Shown: positions 50,371 through 63,454 of the stretch, one piece after another
Layout: each line of letters begins with the position of its first letter
How positions within the stretch are numbered: the stretch's first letter is position 1
Assembly: GCA_964016885.1 (NCBI GenBank)
Contig: OZ024741.1
Span: 220,410,001-220,474,000, forward strand
DNA from: Eledone cirrhosa
Taxonomy: Eukaryota
DNA length: 64,000 bases
Direction: 5' to 3'
The notes under the pieces: generated by a model
What the model was told of the DNA's origin: nothing
Databases searched by the model: none
Seen by the model: only the letters and a program-made list of their open reading frames with translations
Translations under genes and position numbers: made by a program

Positions 50371-51139
50371 ATAGATATAAAATTTCTATCCAGATCATGG
50401 AGACCCTTTGGTAAAAACCAAATCAAAACTAGTCCGCAGTGAATGATGATGCCAATACGTGACTCCAAGCTGACAAGCAACAGCTCTAAACAACCTTTCG
50501 ATCAATATAAAATTAGTAATTATTAAAAAAAAATCCTATATATTTTAAGTTACAAAAGCTCCTCCATTTATATTTTTAACACCAGCTTTACTAAAAAACC
50601 AGCACGTCACCTACTTCAGCTTACTTTCACTGCCAACACCAGTAATCTAACTTCCTTTTCCATCTTTTAACCGGAATTTATTTCTTTGTTGTTGCTTCCG
50701 CTCGTCAGCCTATTTTCAGAGAGCAAATCAAAGTAGTTTACCATTTCTTAACTTTCCATGTTTCAAACATATTTCAATATTGTTTTTTCAAAATTTTCAC
50801 TTCACTTTTAATAGCATAACTTCACAATTTCTTTCAACATTTCTTATGAATGTTTAAAAGTTATTTACTGTTTATTTTTATTTTACCTTTCATGTTTAAA
50901 TAGTTATTTTACTGTATTTTTGTATTTAGACCTTTCTTATGAAATTTTCAAAGTTAAGTACTTATTCGTTTAAGCGTAAATTCTTAACTTCCTTAAAACC
51001 ATTTAATTATGTCTTTAAAAAAGGTCTATGGTGCAGGGATATATGATTTAGAGTTGCCACTGTTTAATATGTGTTTTTACAAATATAAAAAATACATTCT
51101 GTATATGAAATTTATCGATTTTTTTCACTTATAAACAGT

Positions 51140-51690
51140 CTAAATGGAGACTTCTGGTGTCCTTCTGGTGTACCACCTCCCTACTCACCGCCATCGGCTT
51201 CTGGTGTCCTTGGATCTAGGACCAGCTCCCTACTCACCACGATCGGCTTCTGGTGTCCTTGGCCCTAGGACCACCTCCCTACTCACTACCAACGGCACCC
51301 CCTAGCAGTAGAGACTTCTTGCGTCCTTGGCTCTAGGACCACCTCCCTACACACCACCATCAGCACCCCGTAACAGTAGAGACTTCTTGTGTCCTTGGCT
51401 CTAGGACCACCTCCCTACACACCACCATCAGCACCCCGTAACAGTAGAGACTTCTTGTGTCCTTGGCTCTAGGACCACCTCCCTACTCACCACCATCAGC
51501 ACCCCGTAGCAGTAGAGACTTCTTGTGTCCTTGGCTCTAGGACCACCTCCCTACTCACCACCATCGGCACAGAGATGGCTACCCGCAGGTTATAGCTGGA
51601 ATGGTCCTTCTAACGCTCTATCCTCACCATCCTCCGAGGAAACGCCTTCTTTATTGTGTCCACCGGGGCTACAGGGCGGCCAGCACGTGA
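51140..51690 (+). repeat. Minisatellite of about 68 bp derived from the 3' coding end of a CRE-like LINE
   Basis: GAGACTTCTTGTGTCCTTGGCTCTAGGACCACCTCCCTACTCACCACCATC units; homologous to 59370-59900. Confidence 0.8.
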
Positions 51691-51711
51691 ACCTCCATTT
51701 TCTTATAATAC

Positions 51712-51900
51712 TTGTTTCTATTTTTGGCACAAGGCCAGCAATTACCCAGTGTTTTACTGGCACTTTATTTTATCCACCCCGTAAGGATGAAAGGCAAAGT
51801 TAACCTCGGGGGGATTTGAACTCAGAATGGCAAGGGCCGTAACTCTATGCGTCAAAGCATGGTGTCCGACCCTCTACCGATACTGCCAATCCATCGCCCC
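51712..51900 (-). mobile_element. SINE-A
   Basis: Full family match. Confidence 0.85.
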
Positions 51901-52552
51901 CTTTCTTATAATACTGAGAGATGGAGAGAGTGAGAGAGAGACGGAGGCAGTGAATATATAATCTACGACATTATCTTGATTGATATTTTATATACATGTT
52001 CTATATAGGTATATAAACCCCCTTAAAGGAAAGGTACATTAATACCGACAAACATGAAGGTGTAGGTTTGGTCTCAGGGCTACCATTGTTCATTGTTTCC
52101 CCTGGTATTTAGGTTGTTTTACTATTGTAATAGAATTCCATAAAAGTTTCTTTCTCGTGAATTTCAAGTTCCGCTCATCATTTCTAAACAAACCTATTAT
52201 AGTTTAAAACAGAAGTTCTCAAAGTTTTGGGGTCACCACCTCCCCCAGGGCCACGTAATACCTTCAGAATGTAAACATTTTGGGGGACACCTTGTGTGTA
52301 TATAATTGGTGAAGGCGTGAGACTGAGTGTTTTGAGAATTCGATTCGAAATCGTGAAGTTGTGAGTTCAATTCTCGGAGCGGGCGATATGTTATGTCATT
52401 AAGAAAGATACTTTATTTCACGTTGCTCCTTTTGCTCAGATTTGCGACCGGTAGATAGTATTAGCAAGTGGCAAGACCAATGGAAATATTGTTTCCTTGG
52501 TTCGATTTGACGTGCTCCACCCCACTCGTTAAGCGAATGAGGTCTGGGATCG

Positions 52553-52618
<66 letters not shown>

Positions 52619-52776
52619 ATACTTTGGGAGGGTCATGTTGCCAATAAGAAACACACGCACCAGTTGCTTTCACTTCAATTTATTATATATTTATAAATTT
52701 ATAAATTTACAAATCTACAAACTTATAAATTTCTGGTTGGTTGGTTGGTTCCACAACCAGATAGTTGTTTATATAT

Positions 52777-52821
52777 AGTCATAGTCCTTTCGTCACACAC
52801 TCTGTGACCTCTTCAGTGACT
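52777..52821 (-). ncRNA. Type I hammerhead ribozyme
   Basis: Reverse complement of 55857-55901. Confidence 0.85.
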
Positions 52822-53282
52822 GGGGATTCCTTTCTTTGTTTCTGTGCCTTTCCTTTCTTCTATCCTACGCCATTTTCTTTCTGTGTGTGTGTTGTGTGCT
52901 CAGTTTGCGCATGCGCCACATCCGGGTGTCTGTGTGTGTTTGTGTTCATTTATCTATTTGTTTATTTATTTATTTATTTATTGTTGGTTGGTTGTTTGTT
53001 CTATGTGTGTGTGTGTTTTCATTTTGTCCTGTGTGTGTTTTCATTTTGTCCTTAATTGTAAGTTGTGATGTTGCTGTTCCACTCATATTTTCTATTTAAT
53101 TTTGGTTGTAATTCTTTTATGCTTACTGCCTCTGTAATTTGCCTAAACATTGCATCTTTTCTGTGTGTGGATTTTATTTTTATTTCTATGTTCTCTAATC
53201 TACCCCTGTGTTCTATCTTAGCATGTTGGTAGAGCACAGATGATTCTTTATTATCTTGAAGGTCTCGCCAGTGTTCATTTAT

Positions 53283-55208
53283 TCATTCCCCTATACTACG
53301 AGCTGTCTCACCTATGTACACTATATTTTTGTTTCTACATTGTCCTTCAGTACATCTTATGCTATACACTACATTTCTAGTTTTACAGTTAATATGGGGG
53401 CTTATTTTACAGGTTATACATTTCTTATCTATACATGAGGGTCTTTGGAACGGGTATGTCTTGCTAATAAGTGTTTTTACGGAGGTACCTGGTCTTTCTA
53501 CTATCTTAATATTGAGTTTATGTTTATTTAGGGCCCTTCTAAATTTGTAGGCTAGTTGGCCTCTAGGGGTTGTATTGATGAACATTACACTCTGGTATTT
53601 ATTGCTATCATACCATGAGTTTATTCTATTGGCCTTGTTCCTAGTTCTTTCTATTCTATTCCAAAATTTGCTCCTATACAAGGGGCAGGTCCCATTTATG
53701 TCATTATTTACCATTTTTTCCCTTTTGGTTCTGGCTCCTTTATACACTCTGATTCTATCTCTCTGATTGTAGCCAGAGAACTGCATACGGTGGATGAAGT
53801 GTTGTATGTGTCTCTCTAGTTCTTCGGGGTTGCACATGCGGGACACATTTCTCATCACCCGTACCAAATCCGCAATCAGTATGTTGATTTTGGTATGGTC
53901 CGAAATGGCCGAGTTTCGGTGGATCAGATGTTTGGAAGTCATGGGTTTGGCATAATGGGAATGGAGGATTTGTTTTTGGTTGTTAATGGTATCTAACCAG
54001 AGCTCTGTGTCTAGTACAGGTAATCGATGGTTGGGGTGTCTACTTGAGTAGTCTATAGTAACTCTAATGCTCTGGTGGATGGAGTTTGCTATTTGCTGGA
54101 TGCTTTCCATTGTGTTTTTCTCTAGTTCCTGACTGTTCTTTAGTGGGGGTGTATTAACTACGATGTTTATATCATCTACGTAGCGGGAGTACATTATCAG
54201 GGTTAAGCTGTCTTCTAATTGTTCTTTAAGTTTTTGTTTAAGTCTACAGTCCCACCATACCATGAATAAGTTAGCTATGTCGCCTGCAATGCTAACACCA
54301 ATGGCTGCTCCTTCCTCTTGGGCATATGTTTTATCATTAAATTTGAACATATGTTCCTTAAGGGTTAATTTTATGCTGGCCCCTACCGCATGTGCAATCA
54401 TTTTCTTCAGTTCATCGTGGTTTTCGGGTGTCCGTATGGCTCTGGTCCACCCGTTCCATCTATCTGTTTGGGTTTTCTTGGCCATTGAGGTAATGGTAGG
54501 TGGTCTGCCTCTTGCTGGTCTTGTAGGGCAGAGGTTGCTAAGATCATAAGTGTCTAGGTAACTATTACTATGGGTAAGCTTAAGTAGAAGTCCCAGCTCA
54601 CTGGTATCAATCCCACGGAACTCAACCTTGCTCTCGCTGATCATTTCTACGCATTTCCCCACAGCAAAATCCACGTCAATAGATGGATACAGGGACACAA
54701 CATCCATACTGCCTATTATGCAGTTTGTTAGGTCCCCAGATCGGTTACCCGCGCCGATTCTGCTGAGGAGGTCCTCCGTGCTGTCACATACATCTGGGGA
54801 CATCTCAATAATGGGGCGTATGATCAGGGAGAGGAAGTATGACAGTCTGTAGTTACTAGCAATGTTAGCTCCACAGACTGGCCGTGTTGGTGGTCCCGCG
54901 ACAGGGTCCCAGCCCGTTTTATGGTCTTTTCGAAGCCCATACAACGCCGGCACGTCATTGTTCCAGGCCTGGAAGTTGTTGGCAGTCCTTTTGTTGGGCT
55001 GCATTATATTCGTCCACATCACTATATGGGCATTGAGGGCTTTTTCTCTATCCTCATGCTCCTGTGGTGTTACCTCTCTTGTGTTAGTGATGTGGGGTTG
55101 CATTGCCTGGATGTAGTTTGGCAGGCTGTCAACCGACATTCTGCCAGACTTGTCTGTTGGAAAACATGCTATCTCTCCATTACGCGAGCGCTGCATGAGC
55201 TTACGCAA
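53283..55208 (-). CDS. Penelope-type RT, Cys linker and N-half of GIY-YIG (premature TGA; frame continues to 53052)
   Basis: PTDKSG, LYGLRKDHK, PPTRPV, SMDVVSLYPSI, QEEGAAIG, YSRYVDD, CIDKKCITC, NVVYSIRC..YIGET. Confidence 0.9.
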   Translation of the reverse strand: MRKLMQRSRNGEIACFPTDKSGRMSVDSLPNYIQAMQPHITNTREVTPQEHEDREKALNAHIVMWTNIMQPNKRTANNFQAWNNDVPALYGLRKDHKTGWDPVAGPPTRPVCGANIASNYRLSYFLSLIIRPIIEMSPDVCDSTEDLLSRIGAGNRSGDLTNCIIGSMDVVSLYPSIDVDFAVGKCVEMISESKVEFRGIDTSELGLLLKLTHSNSYLDTYDLSNLCPTRPARGRPPTITSMAKKTQTDRWNGWTRAIRTPENHDELKKMIAHAVGASIKLTLKEHMFKFNDKTYAQEEGAAIGVSIAGDIANLFMVWWDCRLKQKLKEQLEDSLTLIMYSRYVDDINIVVNTPPLKNSQELEKNTMESIQQIANSIHQSIRVTIDYSSRHPNHRLPVLDTELWLDTINNQKQILHSHYAKPMTSKHLIHRNSAISDHTKINILIADLVRVMRNVSRMCNPEELERHIQHFIHRMQFSGYNQRDRIRVYKGARTKREKMVNNDINGTCPLYRSKFWNRIERTRNKANRINSWYDSNKYQSVMFINTTPRGQLAYKFRRALNKHKLNIKIVERPGTSVKTLISKTYPFQRPSCIDKKCITCKISPHINCKTRNVVYSIRCTEGQCRNKNIVYIGETARSIGE

Positions 55209-55856
55209 GCCATATTAACTGTAAAACTAGAAATGTAGTGTATAGCATAAGATGTACTGAAGGACAATGTAGAAACAAAAATATAGTGTACATAGGTGAG
55301 ACAGCTCGTAGTATAGGGGAATGAATAAATGAACACTGGCGAGACCTTCAAGATAATAAAGAATCATCTGTGCTCTACCAACATGCTAAGATAGAACACA
55401 GGGGTAGATTAGAGAACATAGAAATAAAAATAAAATCCACACACAGAAAAGATGCAATGTTTAGGCAAATTACAGAGGCAGTAAGCATAAAAGAATTACA
55501 ACCAAAATTAAATAGAAAATATGAGTGGAACAGCAACATCACAACTTACAATTAAGGACAAAATGAAAACACACACAGGACAAAATGAAAACACACACAC
55601 ACATAGAACAAACAACTTACAATTAAGGACAAAATGAAAACACACACAGGACAAAATGAAAACACACACACACATAGAACAAACAACCAACCAACAATAA
55701 ATAAATAAATAAATAAACAAATAGATAAATGAACACAAACACACACAGACACCCGGATGTGGCGCATGCGCAAACTGAGCACACAACACACACACAGAAA
55801 CAAAATGGCGTAGGATAGAAGAAAGGAAAGGCACAGAAACAAAGAAAGGAATCCCC

Positions 55857-55901
55857 AGTCACTGAAGAGGTCACAGAGTGTGTGACGAAAGGACTATGAC
55901 T
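55857..55901 (+). ncRNA. Type I hammerhead ribozyme
   Basis: agtca-CTGAAGA-g-gtcaca-gagtg-tgtgac-GAAA-g-ga-c-TA-tgact; 5-bp stem I, 6-bp stem II, minimal stem III, CUA triplet. Confidence 0.85.
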
Positions 55902-56121
55902 ATATATAAACAACTATCTGGTTGTGGAACCAACCAACCAACCAGAAATTTATAAGTTTGTAGATTTGTAAATTTATAAATTTATAAATATATAATAAAT
56001 TGAAGTGAAAGCAACTGGTGCGTGTGTTTCTTATTGGCAACATGACCCTCCCAAAGTATAACAATATCGGTTTCAACACACGATTTCAGATAAAGAATCT
56101 TGCTAAACAAATTCAGAAACG

Positions 56122-56184
<63 letters not shown>

Positions 56185-56186
<2 letters not shown>

Positions 56187-57028
56187 AATGATCGAGTATC
56201 GAAAAATCGGCGCACGAGTTCACGATAAACAAAATTCGAAATGAGCGGCAGAGGGCTCAATAATTCAGATGAATCAGAGCTATAACTATCGTTAAAATAC
56301 CGTCACACATAGAACAAGTCTAAAATCAACCATACGATAAAAAATCGATAATAGAAGATTCGGGACAATCAGATAAAAAATATCAATAAAACAATACATC
56401 AATAATTTAAATGAATGTAAAATCATACCCGGACCCACTAGAAAGATGTTAAATCTAGCTTCTTGGGTTTCTGTAAATCCTTAGACTGTACTCTATCAGC
56501 TCACATATAAATATATAAGACTTCTAGAGCAAGCGGACTGGAAGTTTACGTCTTCAACGAGTTTCGTCCTAGCGGATAAGAGGCTAACTACAAGCGAAAT
56601 ACGCACATGGAATCCGGCAAGGGAGATAACCTCTACATCCGCGAAAACTATTCGAGGAAATGTGGAAATACACATATCGAATAAAAGTGCTCAATAGACA
56701 TGTTAAAATAAAACAGGAGCTATTCATCACTCAATAGAATCGACAAAAAATGAGCAATAAAATTAACTGGTGGATAGCTATGTCCAGAGCTAAAAATATT
56801 AGAATGATCGAGTATCGAAAAATCGGCGCACGAGTTCACGATAAACAAAATTCGAAATGAGCGGCAGAGGGCTCAATAATTCAGATGAATCAGAGCTATA
56901 ACTATCGTTAAAATACCGTCACACATAGAACAAGTCTAAAATCAACCATACGATAAAAAATCGATAATAGAAGATTCGGGACAATCAGATAAAAAATATC
57001 AATAAAACAATACATCAATAATTTAAAT
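56185..57028. mobile_element. Unclassified 844-bp element with 228-bp direct terminal repeats, flanked by (TA)n
   Basis: 56185-56412 appears identical to 56801-57028; no ORF. Confidence 0.75.
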
Positions 57029-57324
57029 ATATATATATATTTATATATATTTATATATATATTTATATATATATATATATATACCGAGGTCAACTTTCCG
57101 TTTCACACTTCCGAGGTCGATAAAAAAGTACCAGTCTCGTACTGAGGTTGATTCTTTCTCTATATCTCTTTCCCACTTCTTCTCTGTCACTTTCTATCTT
57201 TCTCTGGAAGAAATCTGGTGTATTCAGATAGGGAGAGGGATGGGCCCTGGCAAGCTTAGGAAGAAGAACGTATGTCACTACGGCGCCCTTACGACTCCAT
57301 CAGGAGTTACGGACCATACCATAT

Positions 57325-57628
57325 ATATATAATAAAAATAATAATATAAAGGACGATATGTTATATCTTAATTACGTTTGAGTACTGACGCGTGTTTTGC
57401 TATTGATCACCTCAAGGTTCGATTTGTATCAATCTAGCCCAACTCTGGAATCAAAAGCTCGTGGAACCTCTGTTGACAGAATGAACCTTTTCATCATTAT
57501 CACAACAAAGGTCCGATGAGCTTTTGATTCCAGAGGCGGGCTAGATCGAACATTGAGCTGATCAATAGCGAAACACGCGTCACTACTCAATAAACGTATC
57601 TTTCTTTTTATTATCATTTTTATTATAT
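57325..57628. repeat. Degenerate fold-back with a long-stem-II hammerhead-like motif
   Basis: Inverted arms; right arm reads ggt-CCGATGA-gct..agc-GAAAC-acgc-GTC-act (57510-57584). Confidence 0.7.
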
Positions 57629-57642
57629 ATATATATATATAT

Positions 57643-57748
57643 TAAAATAACAGATTAACGTGTAAGCCAAGAAACGCTGCTTTCACCCTTAAGATCCCGT
57701 TAAGGGTGAAAGCAGCGATTCTTTGCTTAAACTTTAATCTGTTATTTT
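57643..57748. repeat. Fold-back of family F2 centred in the hammerhead core
   Basis: Arms are homologous to 46876-46930; centre ..CCCTTAAGATCCCGTTAAGGGTGAAAG.. Confidence 0.8.
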
Positions 57749-57853
57749 GATAAATATTTGTTCTAGGGCTCTTATATATTTGATATATATTTATCCTTAT
57801 CAAGCCCTCTTTGGATTTTAGTCTTCACATTTATTATTATTACTATATATATA

Positions 57854-57894
<41 letters not shown>

Positions 57895-58217
57895 GAGAAA
57901 GAGGGGGGGGGGAAGAGAGACAGACGAAATAGTGAGATAGAGTAAAATGAAATTAGTCACATAGCTAGACAGCGAATGACTAATCCTATACATCTAAATA
58001 AAAGGTAAATAAACAAACAAACAAATATAACAAAATACTTCCAGAGAATAGCAGTAGTTGTCTTTCTACATATCAAAGGTATTTTGTCGCAGAAAAAAAT
58101 ACTTGTGTTCCGACCTTTCTCTCTTCAAAAATAGTTTCTTTCTGGCAAAGTTTCACACGAAATGTTCAGATAAATGGTAGACTTTATATTGGATTTATGT
58201 TTGAATTCTTTCTTTCG

Positions 58218-58612
58218 TTCTTTTACTCGTTTCAGCCATTAGACTGCGGCCATACTGGGGCACCGCCTTGAAGGGATTTACTATTGTCTTTTACTGGTTT
58301 TAGCCATTAGACTGCGGCCATGCTGTGGCACCGCCTTGAAGGGATTTAGTATTGTAGTCTTTTACTGTCTTCAGTGAATGGACTGTGGCCATACCGCCGC
58401 ACCGCTTTGAAGGGATTTACTATCGTACTATTTTACTGTATTCAGTCGTTGGACTGTGACCATGCTGGAGCACTGACTTGAAAGGATTTAATCTTGCCTT
58501 TTACTCTTTTCAGTTATTGGACTGTGGCCATGTTGGAGCACTGACTTGAAGGGATTTAATCTTACCTTTTACTGTTTTCAGTCATTGGACTGTGGCCATG
58601 CTGGGGTCCCGT
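58218..58612. repeat. Tandem repeat of about 60 bp, about 7 copies
   Basis: TCTTTTACT..TTCAG.CATT.GACTG.GGCCATGCTGG.GCAC.GCCTTGAAGGGATTTA; two more copies at about 48590-48715. Confidence 0.85.
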
Positions 58613-59059
58613 CATGTAGAATATACATGTATAGCTCACCTTAAGTCAATTGTTTCCAGAAGTCGAAAAACGATGAATGTCGAATTAACCTCCCCCCCAC
58701 ACACACACTCCACCTATAAATCTTTAATAGCCATTCCCCAGTTCTGTAATGTATCGTACATACAGTAAACAGTACACTACACGATTGTGTTTTGTTGGGG
58801 GTTTTAATGTTTTTATGGTTTAATATTTTTTTGGCAGACCGAGGGCGGTGGGTTGGCAGTATCGGTAGAGGGTCGGACGCCATGCTTTGCAACATAGGGT
58901 TTTATACATATTAAACTAGCAAAGTTTCCCCACAGTATGTATATGCCTTCACTTGAGTGGGCGCCTTCACTTGAGTGGGTGCCTTCACTTGAGCGACAAA
59001 ATGCCTCCCCCAAGTCTCACTGTCTGGGTGAGAATACAAAACTATTTACTTTGAAGTTA

Positions 59060-59930
59060 ATGTAAACACTGTCCTGTCGCTACAGTGCCGGCCGCCTTCC
59101 AACGAGATCATAAAGCATGGCTTGGATGCTGTAGATTCCCCCTCCCAGTTCGAGCCGGTTAGGCTGGACCTAAGGGACTGCAAAATGCTAGACGGTATGA
59201 CCATCTTCCCGTTCTGTGTTGGTAAACCTATCGTCTGGGATGCCACTTGCAGGAACCTGGGGCTGTCTGCGACTAACCCAGGCTCTGCTGCACTTCGGGC
59301 CGAGGAGGGTAAACTCTCCAAACATCGGTCGCTCTCAGACAGGTTTGCGGTCAAACGCGTAGCAGTAAATATTTCTGGTGTCCTTGGCCCTAGGACCACC
59401 ACCATCGGCACAGAGTTGGCTACCTGTAACGGTTGAGAATTCCGGTGTCCTTGGCCCTAGGACCACCTCTCTACTCACCACCATCGGCACCGAGCTGACT
59501 ATCTGTAATATTGGAGACTTCTTGTGTCCTTGTCCCTAGGACCTCCACCATCGGCACAGAGTTGGCTACCTGTAGCAGTGGAGACTTCTGGTATCCTTGG
59601 CCCTAGGACCACCTCTCTACTCAACACCATCGGCACCGAGTTGGCTATCTGTAATATTGGAGACTTCTGGTGTCCTTGGCCCTAGCACCACCACCATCGG
59701 CACAGAGTTGGCTACCTGTTACAGTGGAGACTTCTGGTGTCCTTGGCCCAAGGACCACCTCTCTACTCATCACCATCGGCGCAGAGTTGGCTATCGACAG
59801 GTGTGAGCCTCGCGAGCTAGGATGGCTCTTCCAGCACATCTCTCTCACCATCCTCTGGGAAACGCCTTCTCTATTCTGTCCGCCGGGGGTGCGGAACGGC
59901 CAACATTTGGGACCCCATTTGCTCACAGCA
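59060..59930 (+). mobile_element. CRE-like non-LTR retrotransposon 3' fragment (RLE) with an internal tandem expansion
   Basis: EP..L...D.K..DGMTIFPF..GKPIVWDATC..PGSAA..AE..K..K..VAVETSGVLGP..EPRELGWLFQHISL. Confidence 0.75.
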
Positions 59931-60419
59931 GTGAGAGACGAAGGCAGTGATGGTGGGATTTTTGGTTCCATTGTGTTCGGACCTGATGTACATTTATATA
60001 TTTACCACACCATATATACATACATATATATATAAAGGTTTAATTCATTCATACAGGGCTATCCTAAACTATACTTATCTATCTATTTTCATTATCTGTC
60101 TATCTCTCTATATATATATATATTTATCTCTTTTAAGTTACATTCCAAACACTAGCTAAATAATGAGAAAGTTCGTAAAGTTTTTATTACGAAATCTCTT
60201 CATGTTCTTGATTATTTTCAAAATTATTTTAAAACAGTAAGCAGCGAGTTTCAATTAACAATATGGCAATCAAAGGGTTATACTGTGTGGTTTTGAGGGG
60301 TAGCGTTTAATCGTTGACAACTCGGTCGTGAAATAGAATATATGGGGATACGTTGTATATATAGTGGGTAACTATCTCTTCTGACCTCCTCGTTTTTCTT
60401 CCCCCTCCTCGTTTTTCTT

Positions 60420-60660
60420 CTTTTTCGTCTCCTCCTTCTCGAGAAGATCGTGGGGGCAGAGTCCTCAGACACTCCTTCCAGTGGGTCCTGTCAGAAGCAA
60501 CCGTCTCCAACTGATATGGCTGGATCCCCAAACAAGACCAGCCAAACTCATGGATGTTATCCAAACATCTTGCGCAGGTACCTAAACCAGGGCCTCTTAC
60601 CGGTTGGTTTTACCTGTAAAATCTGTCCAGCGATTCTTTCCTGAGACATTCTAACCACAT
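60420..60660 (-). mobile_element. RTE C-terminal fragment
   Basis: GIQPYQLETVASDRTHWKECL. Confidence 0.55.
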
Positions 60661-60759
60661 GTCCTAGGCTCGTAAACTAATATAAGATTGAGAAATCTTT
60701 AGTTGTAATCACTCTTACCTATTCCTCAACATATTTGAGCTTTGTGCCAACGTTATTCA

Positions 60760-61810
60760 CCACCATCTTCATTATCATCACCACCACGATCATCATCATC
60801 ATAATCAGCGGCACCACGATCATCATCATCATCATAATCAACAGTATCATTATCAGTATTATCATCAGAAGCATCATCATCAGCACCACGATCATCCTCA
60901 TCATCATCACCATCATCATCAACAACAGCAGCGGCGTTATGAGCATCAGCCTCATCAGTATAATCAACGTCATCGTCATCATCATCATCATCATCATCAC
61001 TAATACACGCGTATGTCTGTATTGTATGTAGTATGGCCCTGTGTGTGGTATGTGGTGTGTGTGTTGTATATAGTGTGTTGTATGTTGTGTATGTTGTGTG
61101 TTGCATGTTGTGCGTTGTGTGTTGTGTATGTTGTGTGCTGTATGTTGTGTATGTTGTGTGTTGTATGTTGTGTGTTGTGTATGTTGTGTGTTGTATGTTG
61201 TGTGTTGTGTATGTTGTGTGTTGTATGTTGTGTGACTGTGTATTGAATGTAGTGTGTTGTATGTTGTGTGTTGTATGTTGTGTGTTGTGTATGTAGTGTG
61301 TTGTATGTTGTGTGTTGTATGTTGTGTGTTGTATGTTGTATGTTGTGTGTTGTACGTAGTGTGTTGTATGTTGTGTGTTGTATGTTGTGTGTTGTATGTT
61401 GTATGTTGTGTGTTGTACGTAGTGTGTTGTATGTTGTGTGTTGTATGTTGTGTGTTGTATGTTGTATGTTGTGTGTTGTACGTAGTGTGTTGTATGTAGT
61501 GTGTTGTATGTAGTGTGTTGTATGTTGTGTGTTGTGTGTTGTGTATGTTGTGTGTTGTATGTAGTGTGTTGTACGCTGTGTGTTGTATGACTGTGTGTTA
61601 TATGTAGTGTGTTGTATATAGTGTGTTGTTTGTTGTGTGTTGTATGTGGTATGTTGTGTGTTGTATGTGGTATGTTGTGTGTTGTATGTAGTGTGTTGTA
61701 TGTAGTGTGTACCATGTAGTGTGTTGTATGTAGTGTGTTGTATGTTGTATGTTGTATGTAGTGTGTAGCGTGTAGTGTGTAGCATGTAGTGTGTTGTATG
61801 TTGTATATCT
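60760..61810. repeat. (CAT)n and TGTTGTA-type low-complexity arrays
   Basis: Seen directly. Confidence 0.9.
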
Positions 61811-62134
61811 GCGTGTTGCCAATGTTGGTGCTTCTGCTGCAACTATTGTTATTGTTGCAATTTATTAACAATGAATCATCGATTCAATATCTACATTAGA
61901 GACATCAGTGACACCATTTTCTTTGCTGTCGATATACGTACTGAGGTGTGTGTGTCTGTGTGTGTAAATAGATATAAATATTTATATATATTTATATATA
62001 TTATACGTACTGAGGTGTGTCTGGGTGTGAAAATATATACATATTTATGTAGATAATATACGTAGTAAGCTGTGTGTATGTGTGTGTATGTGTGTGTCTG
62101 TGTGTGTAAATAAATATACATATTTATATGTGTA

Positions 62135-62192
<58 letters not shown>

Positions 62193-62210
62193 TATACATA
62201 TTCATATGTC

Positions 62211-62243
<33 letters not shown>

Positions 62244-62290
62244 TATACGTACTGAGGTGTGTGTGCATTTGTGTCTGTAAATAGATATAC

Positions 62291-62346
<56 letters not shown>

Positions 62347-62431
62347 CGTACTGAGCTGTGTGAGTGTGTGTGCAAATATATAAATATTTATATATAATTA
62401 TTTTTGTATATAATATGAGAGAGGCAGAGAT

Positions 62432-62468
<37 letters not shown>

Positions 62469-62664
62469 GTATACATGCATATATGCATACAGTGCTCCTT
62501 TGATTTCTAATATATATACATGAAAGAGAGAGAGAGATCATATATATTTATATATATATATACGTATATATATATATATATAAAATCTCTGTCTCACATT
62601 TTCTGTCACTCATATTGTATATAAATATTTATATTTACACACACACACACACCTCTGTACGTGC

Positions 62665-62738
<74 letters not shown>

Positions 62739-62784
62739 ATAAATATATATCCCTCTCTGTCTCTTTCACATGTATATATATATT

Positions 62785-62830
<46 letters not shown>

Positions 62831-62852
62831 TGTGCGTGTGTGTGTATGTGTG

Positions 62853-62894
<42 letters not shown>

Positions 62895-63360
62895 CCCGTA
62901 ATTCTTGAAGGAGTTGTGGGCTCATTTTAACATTCTAACCTGAACGTAGAAAGTGAGTAACGTGATATAGAAAATAAATGGAAAATAAATGGAACCCGCT
63001 ACTGTGTCTCGAAAGGGTGAAAGGCAATGTTGACCTTAGTGAGGTTACAATGATACCGCATTCAACTGTCCTGCTCACGTCTCTCCTAATCATACCTTAT
63101 ATATATATATATATAATGAGAAATAAGATAGATTAAGGGGAAGGGAGGGTTGGGATTGGAAAAAATGTTTTTAGATTGAGATTGGGCATATTGAAGGTAC
63201 CAGGCTGGGAGTGAAAAATAGACGGGTGAGAAGAAGATGGTGTAAGAAGATTGTAGTAGAGGAAAAATGGTAGAGAGTCGTGGAATATTTAAATGCAAAG
63301 AAGCAAAGAAAATTTCAATGATACGAAAGATTTCCTGGTGGAACTTCAGGTGTACTCCGG

Positions 63361-63454
<94 letters not shown>

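Larger units (their letters stand above)
52611..56123 (-). mobile_element. Neptune-like Penelope element with a long inverted pLTR, inserted in (TA)n
   Basis: Arms 52611-53397 and 55210-56067 are near-identical inverted repeats; RT/GIY-YIG ORF on the minus strand; a hammerhead in each arm. Confidence 0.93.

Noticed and set aside
60753-61871. 372-aa His/Thr/Asp-rich ORF
   Set aside because: It is a product of simple repeats that lack stop codons.
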